Virus record (IMG/VR): IMGVR_UViG_3300048851_000022
Span: 1-48,072 of that record
Length of the DNA: 48,072 bases
Source: a virus
Lineage: Duplodnaviria > Caudoviricetes
Reading direction: 5' to 3' (one strand)
Below, piece after piece: positions 1 to 9,747 of this stretch. The position numbers and the translations under genes were made by a program. The notes beneath the pieces were generated by a model that worked only from the letters and a program-made list of their open reading frames with translations, had not been told where the DNA came from and made no database searches. The first letter of the stretch is position 1. Every line of letters starts with the position of its first letter.

Positions 1-127
1 GCAGCGCGAGGGAACTACTCCTCTCTCGCGCTGCGGTTGGCTGCCGCAGGGATCGGGATCGGCACCCCGACCACCACGCCCACCGGCACCAAGAACACCT
101 ACCTCGGCGCGGGGAACACCTACGCAG
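1..127. repeat. Terminal direct repeat, identical to 47946-48072 (circular-assembly overlap)
   Basis: First 127 nt match the last 127 nt. An ORF reads in frame across the join, and 127 is a common assembler k-mer. Confidence 0.95.
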
Positions 128-147
128 CCGCGTTCAACCGCTACTGA
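1..147 (+). CDS. C-terminal part of a small virion-associated protein that starts at 47808 and wraps the join (94 aa in total)
   Basis: In-frame continuation AARGNYSSLALRL...AAAFNRY with TGA at 145-147; lies between tail appendage genes. Confidence 0.75.
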   Translation, partial: AARGNYSSLALRLAAAGIGIGTPTTTPTGTKNTYLGAGNTYAAAFNRY

Positions 148-156
148 GAGGCCAGC

Positions 157-2139
157 ATGGTTGACATCAACCTGACCCTCCCTGCCGACCGTTCCGAGAA
201 CGGGCCGGGGAAGATCAACGAAGACGTGAACGTCCTCAAGGCAGCCATCGCCAAGACGGCTGACCTGAGCACCGCCAACTTCACCGACATCCAGGCTCTG
301 CTCACGACCCTGGTCGCCAGGGTCACGGCGCAGGGCAACGACATCACCGTCCTCAAGGGTGGCACCGTCACCCAGCCGACCGGTGGTTCCGACGTGACGG
401 TCACCTCCGTCAGCCTCACCCCGGCCAACCCGGTCGAGGGCGACAACGTCACCTTCACCGCCGTGGTCAAGAACGTGGGCACCCAGCCCACGGACGCGCT
501 GGTGCCGGTCATCGTGACCTTCGTGGTGGACGACGTTCCCACGCTGGTCTCGCGCTCCACGGCCTACTCCGTCTCGATCCCGGTCGGGGCCTCGGTCACG
601 CTCTCCGCTGCTGGCGGGGCCAGTGCGGGCAACGCCTACAAGGCCGTGAAGGGCAACCACAAGGTGGTCGCCACGGTCAACGACAACTCCAACGGCGGGT
701 ACGCGAACGGGGCAGCGAGCAACGACTCGCTGAGCCTGAACTTCTCGGTCGGCGGGATCTCCTCCGGTGGCCCGAGCACGGGGGACACCCCCACCGGCTA
801 CGACTCCAACGGCCTGTCCTGGTCCACCGTCACCCTCGGTGCGGCCACGCTGGCCAGCGGCACAGCGGCCACGCTGAGCGCCACGCTGTTCGCAGACCCC
901 ACCCGGGCAGCGGTCAGCCTGGACTACGGGTTCTCCATCCGCCAGGTCAGCGAGAGCGGCACCGTCATCTCCCCGGACACCGGGGACCTGGACGTGGCCA
1001 CGACGTTCACCGACTCCTCGGCCACCTGGACGAACTCGCGCAAGACCCTCACCGGCTCGCGGGTCTTCCCGGCTGGTCGCTACGCGGCCACGCCGTTCTA
1101 CAAGCTGGCGGGCACCTCCACCTACGTCAAGGCGAACACCCTCACCAAGTACTTCGTGGTGGCGGCTGACGCATCTGACCCGGGTACCAGTGCTCCCGGC
1201 TCGAACACCACCGGCAAGTGGCTCTCCGGCTCCTCGGGTGAGATGACCGCCAACGGGAAGTTCGGCACCTGGCGTGGTCGTCCCGACGACATCGCCGCCA
1301 CCTGGCGGGGCATGTTCGGGGGCAGCTCGCTGCCGGTCCTGGACGCGGGCGACGAGTACGGGGCCTGGACCAAGGACCTGGTCATCGCGGTCCCGGGCAA
1401 GGCCAACAACCAGACCTGGGCGCAGGCCGCATCCGGTGCGACGGACCAGAACTGGACCGACTTCCTCAACGAGCTCAAGACCAAGTGGACCCGCATCCAG
1501 CGGGGTACGCCGTGGGTCGTGTTCGGCTGGGAGTGGAACGGCGACTGGTTCGACTGGTCGGTGCGCAACACCGCTGACCAGGCCAACTTCGTCACCGCCT
1601 TCAAGCGGTTCCGTGCGCTGCAGAAGTCGATCTTCCCGGCTGCCAAGCTGGGCACGATCGTCAACAAGGACAGCAAGTACGGGCTGGACTGGCGCAAGGC
1701 GATCCCCGGCTACCTGGACGGCACCAAGGCGTCCTCGTGGATGGATTTCGGCGGGGTGGACTGGTACAACAACTACGACGTGATCACCAACGCCAGCCAG
1801 GTCCAGGCGCAGTTCAACGCGCTCGGCCCGGTCGGTGAGCCCTACGGTCTGGAAACCCACCGCAAGTTCTGGGAGGACCAGGGCGTCCCGCTCATCGTGC
1901 AGGAGTGGGGCAACAACGCCCTGTTCGGTGACAACCCGCCCTACATCCAGGCGATGTTCGACTTCTTCAAGAAGAACGGTGGCACTGGCGCGGGGAACGT
2001 GGTGGCTGAGATCTACTTCAACACCCTCGTCCCCGAGCAGGACTACAAGTTCTTCCTCTACAACGATGGTCGCGCGACCCGCAACCCGTTGTCGGCTGCG
2101 CTCTACAAGCAGCTCTGGCCCACGGCCTCCAAGCCGTGA
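157..2139 (+). CDS. Tail fibre/appendage with CARDB-like Ig domain and C-terminal GH26-like (clan GH-A) glycoside hydrolase
   Basis: CARDB-type motif (VTFTAVVKNVGT). C-terminal domain has WEWNGDW (acid/base Glu), DFGGVDWYN and IVQEWG (nucleophile Glu). RBS GAGG. Confidence 0.75.
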   Translation: MVDINLTLPADRSENGPGKINEDVNVLKAAIAKTADLSTANFTDIQALLTTLVARVTAQGNDITVLKGGTVTQPTGGSDVTVTSVSLTPANPVEGDNVTFTAVVKNVGTQPTDALVPVIVTFVVDDVPTLVSRSTAYSVSIPVGASVTLSAAGGASAGNAYKAVKGNHKVVATVNDNSNGGYANGAASNDSLSLNFSVGGISSGGPSTGDTPTGYDSNGLSWSTVTLGAATLASGTAATLSATLFADPTRAAVSLDYGFSIRQVSESGTVISPDTGDLDVATTFTDSSATWTNSRKTLTGSRVFPAGRYAATPFYKLAGTSTYVKANTLTKYFVVAADASDPGTSAPGSNTTGKWLSGSSGEMTANGKFGTWRGRPDDIAATWRGMFGGSSLPVLDAGDEYGAWTKDLVIAVPGKANNQTWAQAASGATDQNWTDFLNELKTKWTRIQRGTPWVVFGWEWNGDWFDWSVRNTADQANFVTAFKRFRALQKSIFPAAKLGTIVNKDSKYGLDWRKAIPGYLDGTKASSWMDFGGVDWYNNYDVITNASQVQAQFNALGPVGEPYGLETHRKFWEDQGVPLIVQEWGNNALFGDNPPYIQAMFDFFKKNGGTGAGNVVAEIYFNTLVPEQDYKFFLYNDGRATRNPLSAALYKQLWPTASKP

Positions 2140-2588
2140 GCAACGCCCGGGTGTTCGCCTCTGAACCAGAGCGCATGACCACCCGGGCACGCCTGTACCT
2201 CTTCGCCACGGCAGCGGCCAACCTCCTGTTGGCCTACTTCCTGATCGTCCGACCGGGAGACTTCACCAGTTCGAGCTTCGACTCGATCAAGCTGGTGGCC
2301 AGTCTCCCGGTCTGGGGGTTGGGGCTGTTCGTGGTGGGCCTCGCCTGTGCTCTGGGCGGGGCCACACGGAGGGAAGGCGTTGCCCGGCTCGGGGCCGCAC
2401 TCGCGGCTCTGGCTGCAGGATCCTGGTCCTTCGGTTTCGTGGGGGCCTGGGTCATTGGCTCCCTGCAGGGTCCATCTGGCCCGGTGGCCTGGACCCTCGT
2501 CACCATCTTCCATCTGCTGCAGTGCAGGTCGCCCCTGCGTATGCCACTGGAACCGATCCTGCGCAGGCTCGCAGCAAGCCGGAGGTAG
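2136..2588 (+). CDS. Four-TM membrane protein of the lysis cassette (holin-like)
   Basis: Four hydrophobic segments; GTGA overlap with the upstream gene; just upstream of the endolysin. Confidence 0.6.
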   Translation: MSNARVFASEPERMTTRARLYLFATAAANLLLAYFLIVRPGDFTSSSFDSIKLVASLPVWGLGLFVVGLACALGGATRREGVARLGAALAALAAGSWSFGFVGAWVIGSLQGPSGPVAWTLVTIFHLLQCRSPLRMPLEPILRRLAASRR

Positions 2589-2590
2589 CC

Positions 2591-2815
2591 ATGTCTCCGG
2601 GGGAGCTGAGTTCCCTGATCGTTGGAGCAGGCACCGTCGTGGTCGGCCTGCTCACCGTGTACTTCAACCGCAAGGGTCAGGTCGAACAGCGACGTGACGC
2701 CATCGCGGCGCGTGAAGTCGAGCGGATGGAGCGAGAGCTCACCCGCACCAAGGAAGAGGTGGAGGAACTTCGGGACCTCCACGACCTGATCGAGAAGCTC
2801 AAGAAGGAGGAGTAG
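2591..2815 (+). CDS. Small single-TM plus coiled-coil lysis-associated protein
   Basis: GGAGG RBS then ATG at 2591 (MSPGELSSLIVGAGTVVVGLLTVYF...), followed by a charged helical tail. Confidence 0.65.
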   Translation: MSPGELSSLIVGAGTVVVGLLTVYFNRKGQVEQRRDAIAAREVERMERELTRTKEEVEELRDLHDLIEKLKKEE

Positions 2816-3483
2816 TGGCGACAGCCAGCGACAGGGGGTGGTCCTTCCCGGACCCGAAGGCCCTGGTACTCGTGCCGTGCGCTGGCATCCCGCTCCGACT
2901 CCACCCCTTGGTGGCCCCCCTCTTCGCGGAAGTGATCCGCAGGGTGGAGGCCATCAAGGGTGTCGGATGGATGACCAGTTCGGGCGGGTACAACTTCCGC
3001 CCGGTGCGTGGCTACGAGGACAAGTACGCCGCGACCAAGGACGACCGGTGGCTCTCGAACCACTCGTGGGCACTGGCCGGAGACTTCCGCGCCGGGTCCA
3101 ACGGCATGAGCCGCACGCTCAAGACGGACATGCCCAGCAACATCCTGCAGATCCTCGCTGAGGTCTCGCCCCATCTCGAATGGGGGGGGTCGTACGAGGG
3201 CCGCAAGGACCCGATGCACATCGAATACGTAGGTACTCCTGAACAGGCCGCTGCTGACGTGGCCCGCCTGCAGGGCAACGACAACGACTTCTTGGAGGCC
3301 CTCGTGGCGCAGCTCTCCGACAGCGAGAAGAACGAGTTCATGGAGGCGGTGCGGTGCTTCAACCGCACCTTCAACACCAAGCAGACGAGCAAGCTGGACG
3401 GCAAGGGCCAGTACTGGCTGGCCGAGTACTTCCTCTTCGCGGAGGCCAGTCTCGCTCGCCTCGTCAAGAAGGCGGGCGCATGA
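2815..3483 (+). CDS. Endolysin, M15-family (L,D-/D,D-) zinc peptidase
   Basis: SNHSWALAGD (SxHxxxxAxD) and DPMHIE zinc-ligand motifs, plus LEWGG. Confidence 0.85.
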   Translation: MATASDRGWSFPDPKALVLVPCAGIPLRLHPLVAPLFAEVIRRVEAIKGVGWMTSSGGYNFRPVRGYEDKYAATKDDRWLSNHSWALAGDFRAGSNGMSRTLKTDMPSNILQILAEVSPHLEWGGSYEGRKDPMHIEYVGTPEQAAADVARLQGNDNDFLEALVAQLSDSEKNEFMEAVRCFNRTFNTKQTSKLDGKGQYWLAEYFLFAEASLARLVKKAGA

Positions 3484-3707
3484 GCAACGAGGCCAAGGCC
3501 CGCGAGCTGGGCATCTCCTACGGTGAGTTCCTCCGGGGCCACGGCATCCGCGTGGCCTACAGCAACTCGGCCAACGGCTGGGACGCCACCAAGCAGAAGC
3601 GGTTCGACAAGACGAACTCCGACTACCGGGACGCAGTGAAGGCCGGTCTCGAACCGGCCAGCGTCACCGACACTGCGATCCGTCAGGCGTACGAGAAGGC
3701 GAGCTGA
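3480..3707 (+). CDS. Hypothetical protein (75 aa)
   Basis: ATGA overlap with the endolysin stop; MSNEAKARELG...; good codon bias. Confidence 0.65.
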   Translation: MSNEAKARELGISYGEFLRGHGIRVAYSNSANGWDATKQKRFDKTNSDYRDAVKAGLEPASVTDTAIRQAYEKAS

Positions 3708-3708
3708 C

Positions 3709-4596
3709 ATGGCCACCATCGGTGGCAAGGCCACTCTGGCTGACATGGTGGAGGAGGTGGTGGGGAACCTCTACGGGTTCTCCAACTCCTTCGATGCGAT
3801 GGTCGGCCTCACCGCTGAGATCACCTCCACCGCACTGGTCCTGCCGCTCGACTCCGTGGACGGGATCTCCCGGGGCGTGGTCGAGATCGACAACGAGCTG
3901 GTCTGGATCGAGAGCGTGGACCGCGACAACAAGACGGCCCGGGTTCCGGCCTGGGGCCGGGGGTTCCGCAACACGGCCAAGACCACGCACCGCGCTGGCT
4001 CGATCATCACCATCTCCCCGACGTGGCCCAAGGCCACGGTGATCCGGGAGATCAACAACGTCATCCAGGGCCTGTACCCCAGCCTCTTCGCGGTGGACTC
4101 CCTGGACTACACCCTCAGCACCTACGAGGACCGGATGCTCCCGCTGCCCGTGGAGGCCGAGCGGATCCTCGGCGTGCGGGTCAAGGACAACACCGGGGCT
4201 TGGGTTCCCATCCGGGACTACGACCTGATCCGTGAGGCGGACGGCACCCGCGTCGAGCTGCTGGTGAACATCTGGCCGGGGATGAAGTTCCGGGTCCTGT
4301 ACTCCACCAGCCCCAAGACCCTGCTCGCCCTGGACGCGGCGTTCTCCGGCACCGGCCTGCCCGAGTCCACCAAGGACGTGGTGACCCTGGGAGCCCAGGC
4401 CCGCCTCGTGCCCTACCTGGACGTGGCGCGGCTTCCTGTCGCCTCCGTCGAGGCCGACGAGATGAACCAGTCGCGGCCCGTTGGGGCTGCGCTGCAGCTC
4501 TCCCAGGAACTCAAGAAGACCTACCAGTCCCGCCTGCTGATCGAAGCAGGCAAGCTGCAGGACCGTTACCCGGTCCAGATCCGGAGGACTCGCTGA
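3709..4596 (+). CDS. Head-tail adaptor / tail tubular protein A-like
   Basis: 295-aa ORF in the structural block, upstream of a beta-rich nozzle-like gene. Call rests on size and synteny. Confidence 0.5.
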   Translation: MATIGGKATLADMVEEVVGNLYGFSNSFDAMVGLTAEITSTALVLPLDSVDGISRGVVEIDNELVWIESVDRDNKTARVPAWGRGFRNTAKTTHRAGSIITISPTWPKATVIREINNVIQGLYPSLFAVDSLDYTLSTYEDRMLPLPVEAERILGVRVKDNTGAWVPIRDYDLIREADGTRVELLVNIWPGMKFRVLYSTSPKTLLALDAAFSGTGLPESTKDVVTLGAQARLVPYLDVARLPVASVEADEMNQSRPVGAALQLSQELKKTYQSRLLIEAGKLQDRYPVQIRRTR

Positions 4597-4597
4597 C

Positions 4598-6529
4598 ATG
4601 GTGACCGTGGTTCGCGGTACCCGAGACACCAGTCCCGCCATCACGGGCGGGACCAGTTCGTCCACGACGACGACTCCCACCACGACGACCACGCCGACGA
4701 GTTCGCCTGCGCCGGTCGTGGTGGCCAACCCCCGCCCCACCAACAACGTCTCCACCGACAGCAGCGGCAACATCGTGGTCACCCCGACCCCGACGACCAC
4801 CGCTCCTCCGCTGGAAGACATCGGGATGGTCCCGCTCCCGCAGGTGGACCCGACCCCGGTCCCTCCCTTGGAGGACATCGGCATGGTGGACCTGCCCCAG
4901 GTCATCGAGCCCACACTGGGGATCAACCTGAACCTGGGTGCCTCGGTGGGCGGGGGGATCACCGCCCCCGGCGTCAAGGTGATGGGTGGGGCGAACACCT
5001 TCGCCCGCTTCCTCGGTGGCTCCCGGCTGAACACCGACCCGAACTCCGTGTGGTTCCGCTTCCGTGGGACCTTCGAGACCACGGGGCGCATCGACTGGGT
5101 CCTGATCCCGCCCACCGGGGCGGACTCCTCCATCGTCACCGCTGAGTCCAGCGGCCAGGAGATCTACTTCCCGGTCACCCAGCGGGGGATCTACAAGGTG
5201 GTCGCCACCATCCGCGACACCAACGGCAAGGTCCAGTCCAGCTACACCCAGATCGCCTCCGGTGGCGGGACTTCCGACATCCCGGCCTTCGATGACAAGT
5301 GGACCGGCTCGACCGAGGTCGTCGTGGAAGACCCCACGACCACGGACCCGACCAACCCCAGCGACCCGAGCAACCCGACGACTCCGGTCGTCGTGCCGCC
5401 CACCACTCCGGTGGCCCTGGGCGTCCCGCGCAACTACTCCTCCCAGGCTCCGACCCTCATGCTGGCAGCAGCGTGCAACGCGGTGGCCACCCAGATCACG
5501 GTGGACTCCGTGGGAGGCCTGCCCTCCACCACGCCCTACACCCTGCTCCTGGACTACGGCCTGCAGAACGAGGAGATCGTCACCGTCACCTCGCAGTCGG
5601 GCACGGCCCTGACGGTGAAGCGTGGCGAGGACGGCTCGGGTTCCACCTCCCACCCTGCTGGTGCGGTGGTCCGTCACGGCATCACTGGTCGGGACCTGAG
5701 GGAGCCGCAGCAGCACATCAACGCCGGGGCCGGTGTCCACGGCGTGGCAGGCAACGTCGTCGGTACGACGGATGCTCAGACCCTGAGCGGCAAGACGATG
5801 GACGGCTCGCTCAACCTGTTCAAGAACATCCCCGCCTCGGCCATCTCGGGCGAGGTGGTGACCGCGACAGGCTCCGCAGAGCTGACCGGCAAGACCATCG
5901 ACGGCTCGAAGAACACCATCAAGAACATCCCGGCCACGGCCCTCACGGGCACGAGCGGGTACCTGACCCCGGACAACACCGCACGGCTGAGCAACAAGCT
6001 GATCTCGGGTTCGCAGAACAGCTTCTCCGACATCCCGTACTCGGCCATCACCGGTGCTCCCAGCACGGGTGGCAGCACGGGCACGGTGGTGCAGCCCAAG
6101 CACTGGTACCTCAACGGCTACGCCTGGAACATCTGGTCGGTCCTGGTGCAGGACAACACGCTGCGTCAGTTGTACTCGGCCTACCTGGGCAACGTGCCCC
6201 GGGGCATCGTGACCCTGACGGCCTCGGCCACCTTCCGGGTGAACGTGGACTGCCGCGTGGACTTCTACATGTCGGCGGGTGCTTCGGTCGCCGGGGCAGA
6301 GACCCGGCGCACCGTCTACTGGGACGGCACGGCGTTCGGGTCTGAGCGGCGCAACACCTCTGGTGCCAGCGCCACGTTCTACTGGCCCGGGGGGAACCTC
6401 TACATCAAGGGCTCCGCGCGTCGGGTCTCCGGCACTGGTGGCTGGACGAACGAGGCGGCGGACGCCTACTGCGAGGTGGCGTGGGTCTCCACCACCGAGT
6501 CTGACAACGCACTGCAGAACCTGGGCTGA
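4598..6529 (+). CDS. Tail fibre protein
   Basis: Thr/Pro-rich N-terminus with a duplicated PPLEDIGMV. Three L(S/T)(G/N)K..(D/S)GS.N...IP..A repeats typical of fibre shafts. Confidence 0.65.
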   Translation: MVTVVRGTRDTSPAITGGTSSSTTTTPTTTTTPTSSPAPVVVANPRPTNNVSTDSSGNIVVTPTPTTTAPPLEDIGMVPLPQVDPTPVPPLEDIGMVDLPQVIEPTLGINLNLGASVGGGITAPGVKVMGGANTFARFLGGSRLNTDPNSVWFRFRGTFETTGRIDWVLIPPTGADSSIVTAESSGQEIYFPVTQRGIYKVVATIRDTNGKVQSSYTQIASGGGTSDIPAFDDKWTGSTEVVVEDPTTTDPTNPSDPSNPTTPVVVPPTTPVALGVPRNYSSQAPTLMLAAACNAVATQITVDSVGGLPSTTPYTLLLDYGLQNEEIVTVTSQSGTALTVKRGEDGSGSTSHPAGAVVRHGITGRDLREPQQHINAGAGVHGVAGNVVGTTDAQTLSGKTMDGSLNLFKNIPASAISGEVVTATGSAELTGKTIDGSKNTIKNIPATALTGTSGYLTPDNTARLSNKLISGSQNSFSDIPYSAITGAPSTGGSTGTVVQPKHWYLNGYAWNIWSVLVQDNTLRQLYSAYLGNVPRGIVTLTASATFRVNVDCRVDFYMSAGASVAGAETRRTVYWDGTAFGSERRNTSGASATFYWPGGNLYIKGSARRVSGTGGWTNEAADAYCEVAWVSTTESDNALQNLG

Positions 6530-6541
6530 GAGGAGTAACCC

Positions 6542-8509
6542 GTGGCGCTCGAAGGATCGCTCGCCCCCGACATCACTGAACGCATCCCCGTTGCGTTCTC
6601 GGGGAACCCGGCCAGTGGGGTGCCGAACCCCCCGAAGCTCGTGCTCAAGGACACCCCTTGGGACGTGGGCATCGGGGACCAGGCATTCCTGCTGGCTGCC
6701 AGCAAGGACACCCCCTACCGGCGTGAGAGCGCCGACGTATCCAAGCAGCAGTTGGATACATCCAAGGAACCGGGGGAGCAGACGCTGAACCAGTGGTGGA
6801 TGCGGAGCCAGAACTCCTGGCACCGTGGCGCTGGCATCAACTTCTACGAACCCGGTTCCGACGAGGGGGTCACCCAGCACCGCTTCACCCAGGGCATCGG
6901 GGTGGACGTGTGGACCGAGGGTCAGCTCTCCCTGCTGCACAAGATGGACGGGGTCACCGGTCAGGCTGCTGGTGCAGCCGGTGCCTCTGCCACCACGGCG
7001 GCTTCTGCCACCGCAGCGGTCTCCGGTCTGCCCGACCGGACAGGTCAGCCGGGGACGGTCTTCGTGGCCGTCCTCGTGCACCGCAACCTGGTGTCCACCC
7101 TCAAGGCGGGCGTCCAGACGAACTACGCCCACAGCTTCCAGAACGTCACGAACGCTGTGGCCGTGGGGGACACGGTCTACTTCGGTCACGACCAGGGCGT
7201 GGCCCAGTTCAACGCTGCGACCGGTTCACTGACCAACCTCTGGACCCAGGCCGTGGGTACGGCCCCCGTGCTGGGGTTCGCCAAGTCCCGCCTCATCGCG
7301 GCCATCGGCCCGAAGCTCTTCGAACTGTCGCGTGCGGGTGGGGCACTGGGTACGCAGACGGCGTACTTCACCCACCTGGACCCGAACTACCGCTGGACGG
7401 CGTTCTGCGACAGTCCCACGGCGATCCTCGCCTGCGGCCACTCCGGTGGCCTGGGCCAGGTCTACCGCCTGACGCTGGGCACGTCGAGCGACGGGGCCAC
7501 CCCGAAGCTTGAGTACCCCGAGCAGATCGCTGAGCTCCCCCCGGGGGAGACGATGCACGCGATCCACAACTACCTGGGCAACTACGTCGCCCTGGGTACG
7601 GCCAAGGGGATCCGGATCGGGCAGTTCTCCGAGTACTACAACACCTTCACCTACGGCCCCCTGAGCGTGGAGACCGCCTCTCCGGTGCGAGCCCTGACGG
7701 CTCGTGACCGCTACTGCTACGCCGCCGTCACCAACGAGATCCTCGGCATGTCTGGGGTGGTCCGACTGGACCTCTCCCAGCAGGTTGCGGAGAACCGCTA
7801 CGCCTGGTCCTACGACGTGCAGACGCACGCCAACGGCACGGCCAGCAGCATCGCGTTCGTGGACGACCGGCTGGTGGTCGGGCTGGACTCCTGGGGTCAC
7901 TACCTGCAGAACGCCACCGAGTACGAGGAGCGAGGATGGGTCACCTCCGGCAAGATCCGGTACGGCACCAGCGAGGACAAGAGCTTCCGTCTGGCCCGAG
8001 TGCGGGCGCAGACGAACTCGGGGACGGTGACGCTCTACGCGATCTCTGAGTCCGGAGAGCGCAACGTCCTCGCTCTCACTGACGCCACCAACCGTCGAGA
8101 CGACATCGACATCTCTGGGAGTATCGCTCCTCAGGAGTACGCCCAGTTCCGGCTGCAGCTCGAACCCTCGGTGGGTCGGCTGGGGACGCCAGTGGTGGAA
8201 GCCTTGTCGATCAAGGCCCTGCCCGCTGTGCGACGGCAGCGACTGATCCAGTTCCCGCTCATGTGCTTCGACCGGGAGTCCGACCGCTGGAACACCCAGC
8301 ACGGCTACGAGGGGGCCGCTGCTGAGCGGCTCGCCGCGTTGGAGCAGATGGAGGAGACGCAGACGGTCGTCGTCGTGCAGGACTTCACCAACGGGGAGTC
8401 CTTCACCGGCTCCATCGAGAAGGTGCAGTTCTCCCGGGAGACCTCTCCTCAGCGCCGGAAGCAGAACTTCGGCGGCGTGCTGCTGGTCACGGTGCGGAAG
8501 CTGCTGTGA
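6542..8509 (+). CDS. Tail nozzle / tail tubular protein B-like (beta-propeller)
   Basis: 655-aa beta-rich protein; size and position match a podovirus nozzle; RBS GAGGAG. Confidence 0.55.
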   Translation: MALEGSLAPDITERIPVAFSGNPASGVPNPPKLVLKDTPWDVGIGDQAFLLAASKDTPYRRESADVSKQQLDTSKEPGEQTLNQWWMRSQNSWHRGAGINFYEPGSDEGVTQHRFTQGIGVDVWTEGQLSLLHKMDGVTGQAAGAAGASATTAASATAAVSGLPDRTGQPGTVFVAVLVHRNLVSTLKAGVQTNYAHSFQNVTNAVAVGDTVYFGHDQGVAQFNAATGSLTNLWTQAVGTAPVLGFAKSRLIAAIGPKLFELSRAGGALGTQTAYFTHLDPNYRWTAFCDSPTAILACGHSGGLGQVYRLTLGTSSDGATPKLEYPEQIAELPPGETMHAIHNYLGNYVALGTAKGIRIGQFSEYYNTFTYGPLSVETASPVRALTARDRYCYAAVTNEILGMSGVVRLDLSQQVAENRYAWSYDVQTHANGTASSIAFVDDRLVVGLDSWGHYLQNATEYEERGWVTSGKIRYGTSEDKSFRLARVRAQTNSGTVTLYAISESGERNVLALTDATNRRDDIDISGSIAPQEYAQFRLQLEPSVGRLGTPVVEALSIKALPAVRRQRLIQFPLMCFDRESDRWNTQHGYEGAAAERLAALEQMEETQTVVVVQDFTNGESFTGSIEKVQFSRETSPQRRKQNFGGVLLVTVRKLL

Positions 8510-8826
8510 CCGACCTGCAGATGCTGGCCTGCGCCAAGCTGGGCCTGTCCTACACCACCCCGTGGGAGGCGCTCAGCGCCGTTCTCCGGGGCTGGCAGAG
8601 GCTCCAAGGCCTCCCCGTCACCGGGGAGCTGGACGAGCCCACAGTGGCCCTCCTGGGACCGCGCTCGACCCAGGGGCTTGTGCCCCTGTGGTGGCCTCAC
8701 GATGCCGAGCGCGTGATCCGAGAGCGAGTAGGGGACGAGCAGGCGGTTCGCCGCTTCCAGTCCGCCCACCGCATGACACCCACCGGCCACGCCGACGAGG
8801 CGCTGGCCATCGAGCTTGGAGACTGA
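8506..8826 (+). CDS. Stand-alone peptidoglycan-binding (PG_binding_1-like) protein
   Basis: Two motifs, LRGWQRLQGLPVTGELDEPT and AVRRFQSAHRMTPTGHADEA. Confidence 0.75.
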   Translation: MTDLQMLACAKLGLSYTTPWEALSAVLRGWQRLQGLPVTGELDEPTVALLGPRSTQGLVPLWWPHDAERVIRERVGDEQAVRRFQSAHRMTPTGHADEALAIELGD

Positions 8827-8827
8827 C

Positions 8828-9037
8828 ATGGCTGCACACCGCGCCACTGCTCTGGAACTGACGAGCTACCGCAAGGTGATCGTCGGCATCGCCGCGTTCC
8901 TCGTGACCGTGGCTGCGACCTTGCTCGACGGGCACCTGATCCCGGACCAGGCCCTGCCCTACGTCCAGGCGGGGATCGCTGTCGCCGGGAGCTACGGGAT
9001 CTGGCGAGTTCCCAACCGTCAGACCGAAGAGGTCTGA
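8828..9037 (+). CDS. Holin (two TM segments)
   Basis: YRKVIVGIAAFLVTVAA ... GIAVAGSYGIWRVPN, resembling small actinophage holins; last gene before the terminator. Confidence 0.7.
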   Translation: MAAHRATALELTSYRKVIVGIAAFLVTVAATLLDGHLIPDQALPYVQAGIAVAGSYGIWRVPNRQTEEV

Positions 9038-9145
9038 CTGGTAGCATGACCACTGCGATGCCGTCATGCTCACACAGCGGACAAGTGGGGACGCAGGAGC
9101 CCCGCCTCTGACCGACTGATACGAGGGCGGCACCGCCCACAACAC

Positions 9146-9186
9146 GAGAGGCCCCTCACCGTCATGGTGGGGGGCCTTCTCTGTTT
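9146..9186. terminator. Intrinsic terminator between convergent operons
   Basis: GAGAGGCCCCTCACC-GTCAT-GGTGGGGGGCCTTCTC followed by TGTTT. Confidence 0.75.
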
Positions 9187-9506
9187 CAGGACTCGGGCAG
9201 CCGTTCCAAGGGCTCCCCGTCATTGTTCACCTTGTGGACCCTGCGGAGCAGCGTCTCGATGACCCCGTCGTACCGGCTGTTGTTGGCGAACGCATTCTCC
9301 GGGTTGGACCGGAGGATCCACCTCAGTGCCAGCAGGCCGTCCACGTCCAGGCTGTCCAGAAAGCGGTCCTCCCGAGCCTGCTCCGCTTCGAGGCTCATGT
9401 GCTGCTTGTCGTGCTCGGCGCTCAGCCGAGCGAGCAGCTCGGCGGGGAGGGGGATGCTCATCCCCCCGAGGATGTGGTCGTCGGGTTCGCGGTCGTCATC
9501 ACTCAT
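9186..9506 (-). CDS. Hypothetical protein
   Basis: 106-aa ORF in the recombinase operon with good codon bias. Confidence 0.65.
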   Translation of the reverse strand: MSDDDREPDDHILGGMSIPLPAELLARLSAEHDKQHMSLEAEQAREDRFLDSLDVDGLLALRWILRSNPENAFANNSRYDGVIETLLRRVHKVNNDGEPLERLPES

Positions 9507-9519
9507 GATCCCATCCTAG

Positions 9520-9747
9520 TCAGGAGGCAGCCATCGTCATGAGCTCGTGCATCCGCTCGCGCACCGCGTCAGCAGCCGCAGTTCGCTTGGCCTCAGAGGC
9601 CTCCTTCTTCTCGACGGAGTGTGTGTTGTCCAGGGCGTAGATCCCCTGGACCACCCCGTCGTTCCACTCGGCCTGCTGGGACTCCGTGATCGCCTCGCTC
9701 AGCGCGACCCAGAGTTCGATGAGCTTCTTCTTCTCGCCCTTGGTCAT
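9520..9747 (-). CDS. Hypothetical protein
   Basis: 75-aa ORF coupled to the upstream mini-ORF by an ATGA overlap. Confidence 0.65.
   Translation of the reverse strand: MTKGEKKKLIELWVALSEAITESQQAEWNDGVVQGIYALDNTHSVEKKEASEAKRTAAADAVRERMHELMTMAAS

Noticed and set aside
1-127. Terminal repeat as a biological direct terminal repeat
   Set aside because: It is exactly 127 nt and falls mid-gene, which fits an assembler k-mer overlap better.
4650-4900. ACG/ACC-rich repeats as a DGR or contingency locus
   Set aside because: They simply encode a Thr/Pro linker and a short peptide duplication; there is no reverse transcriptase in the genome.
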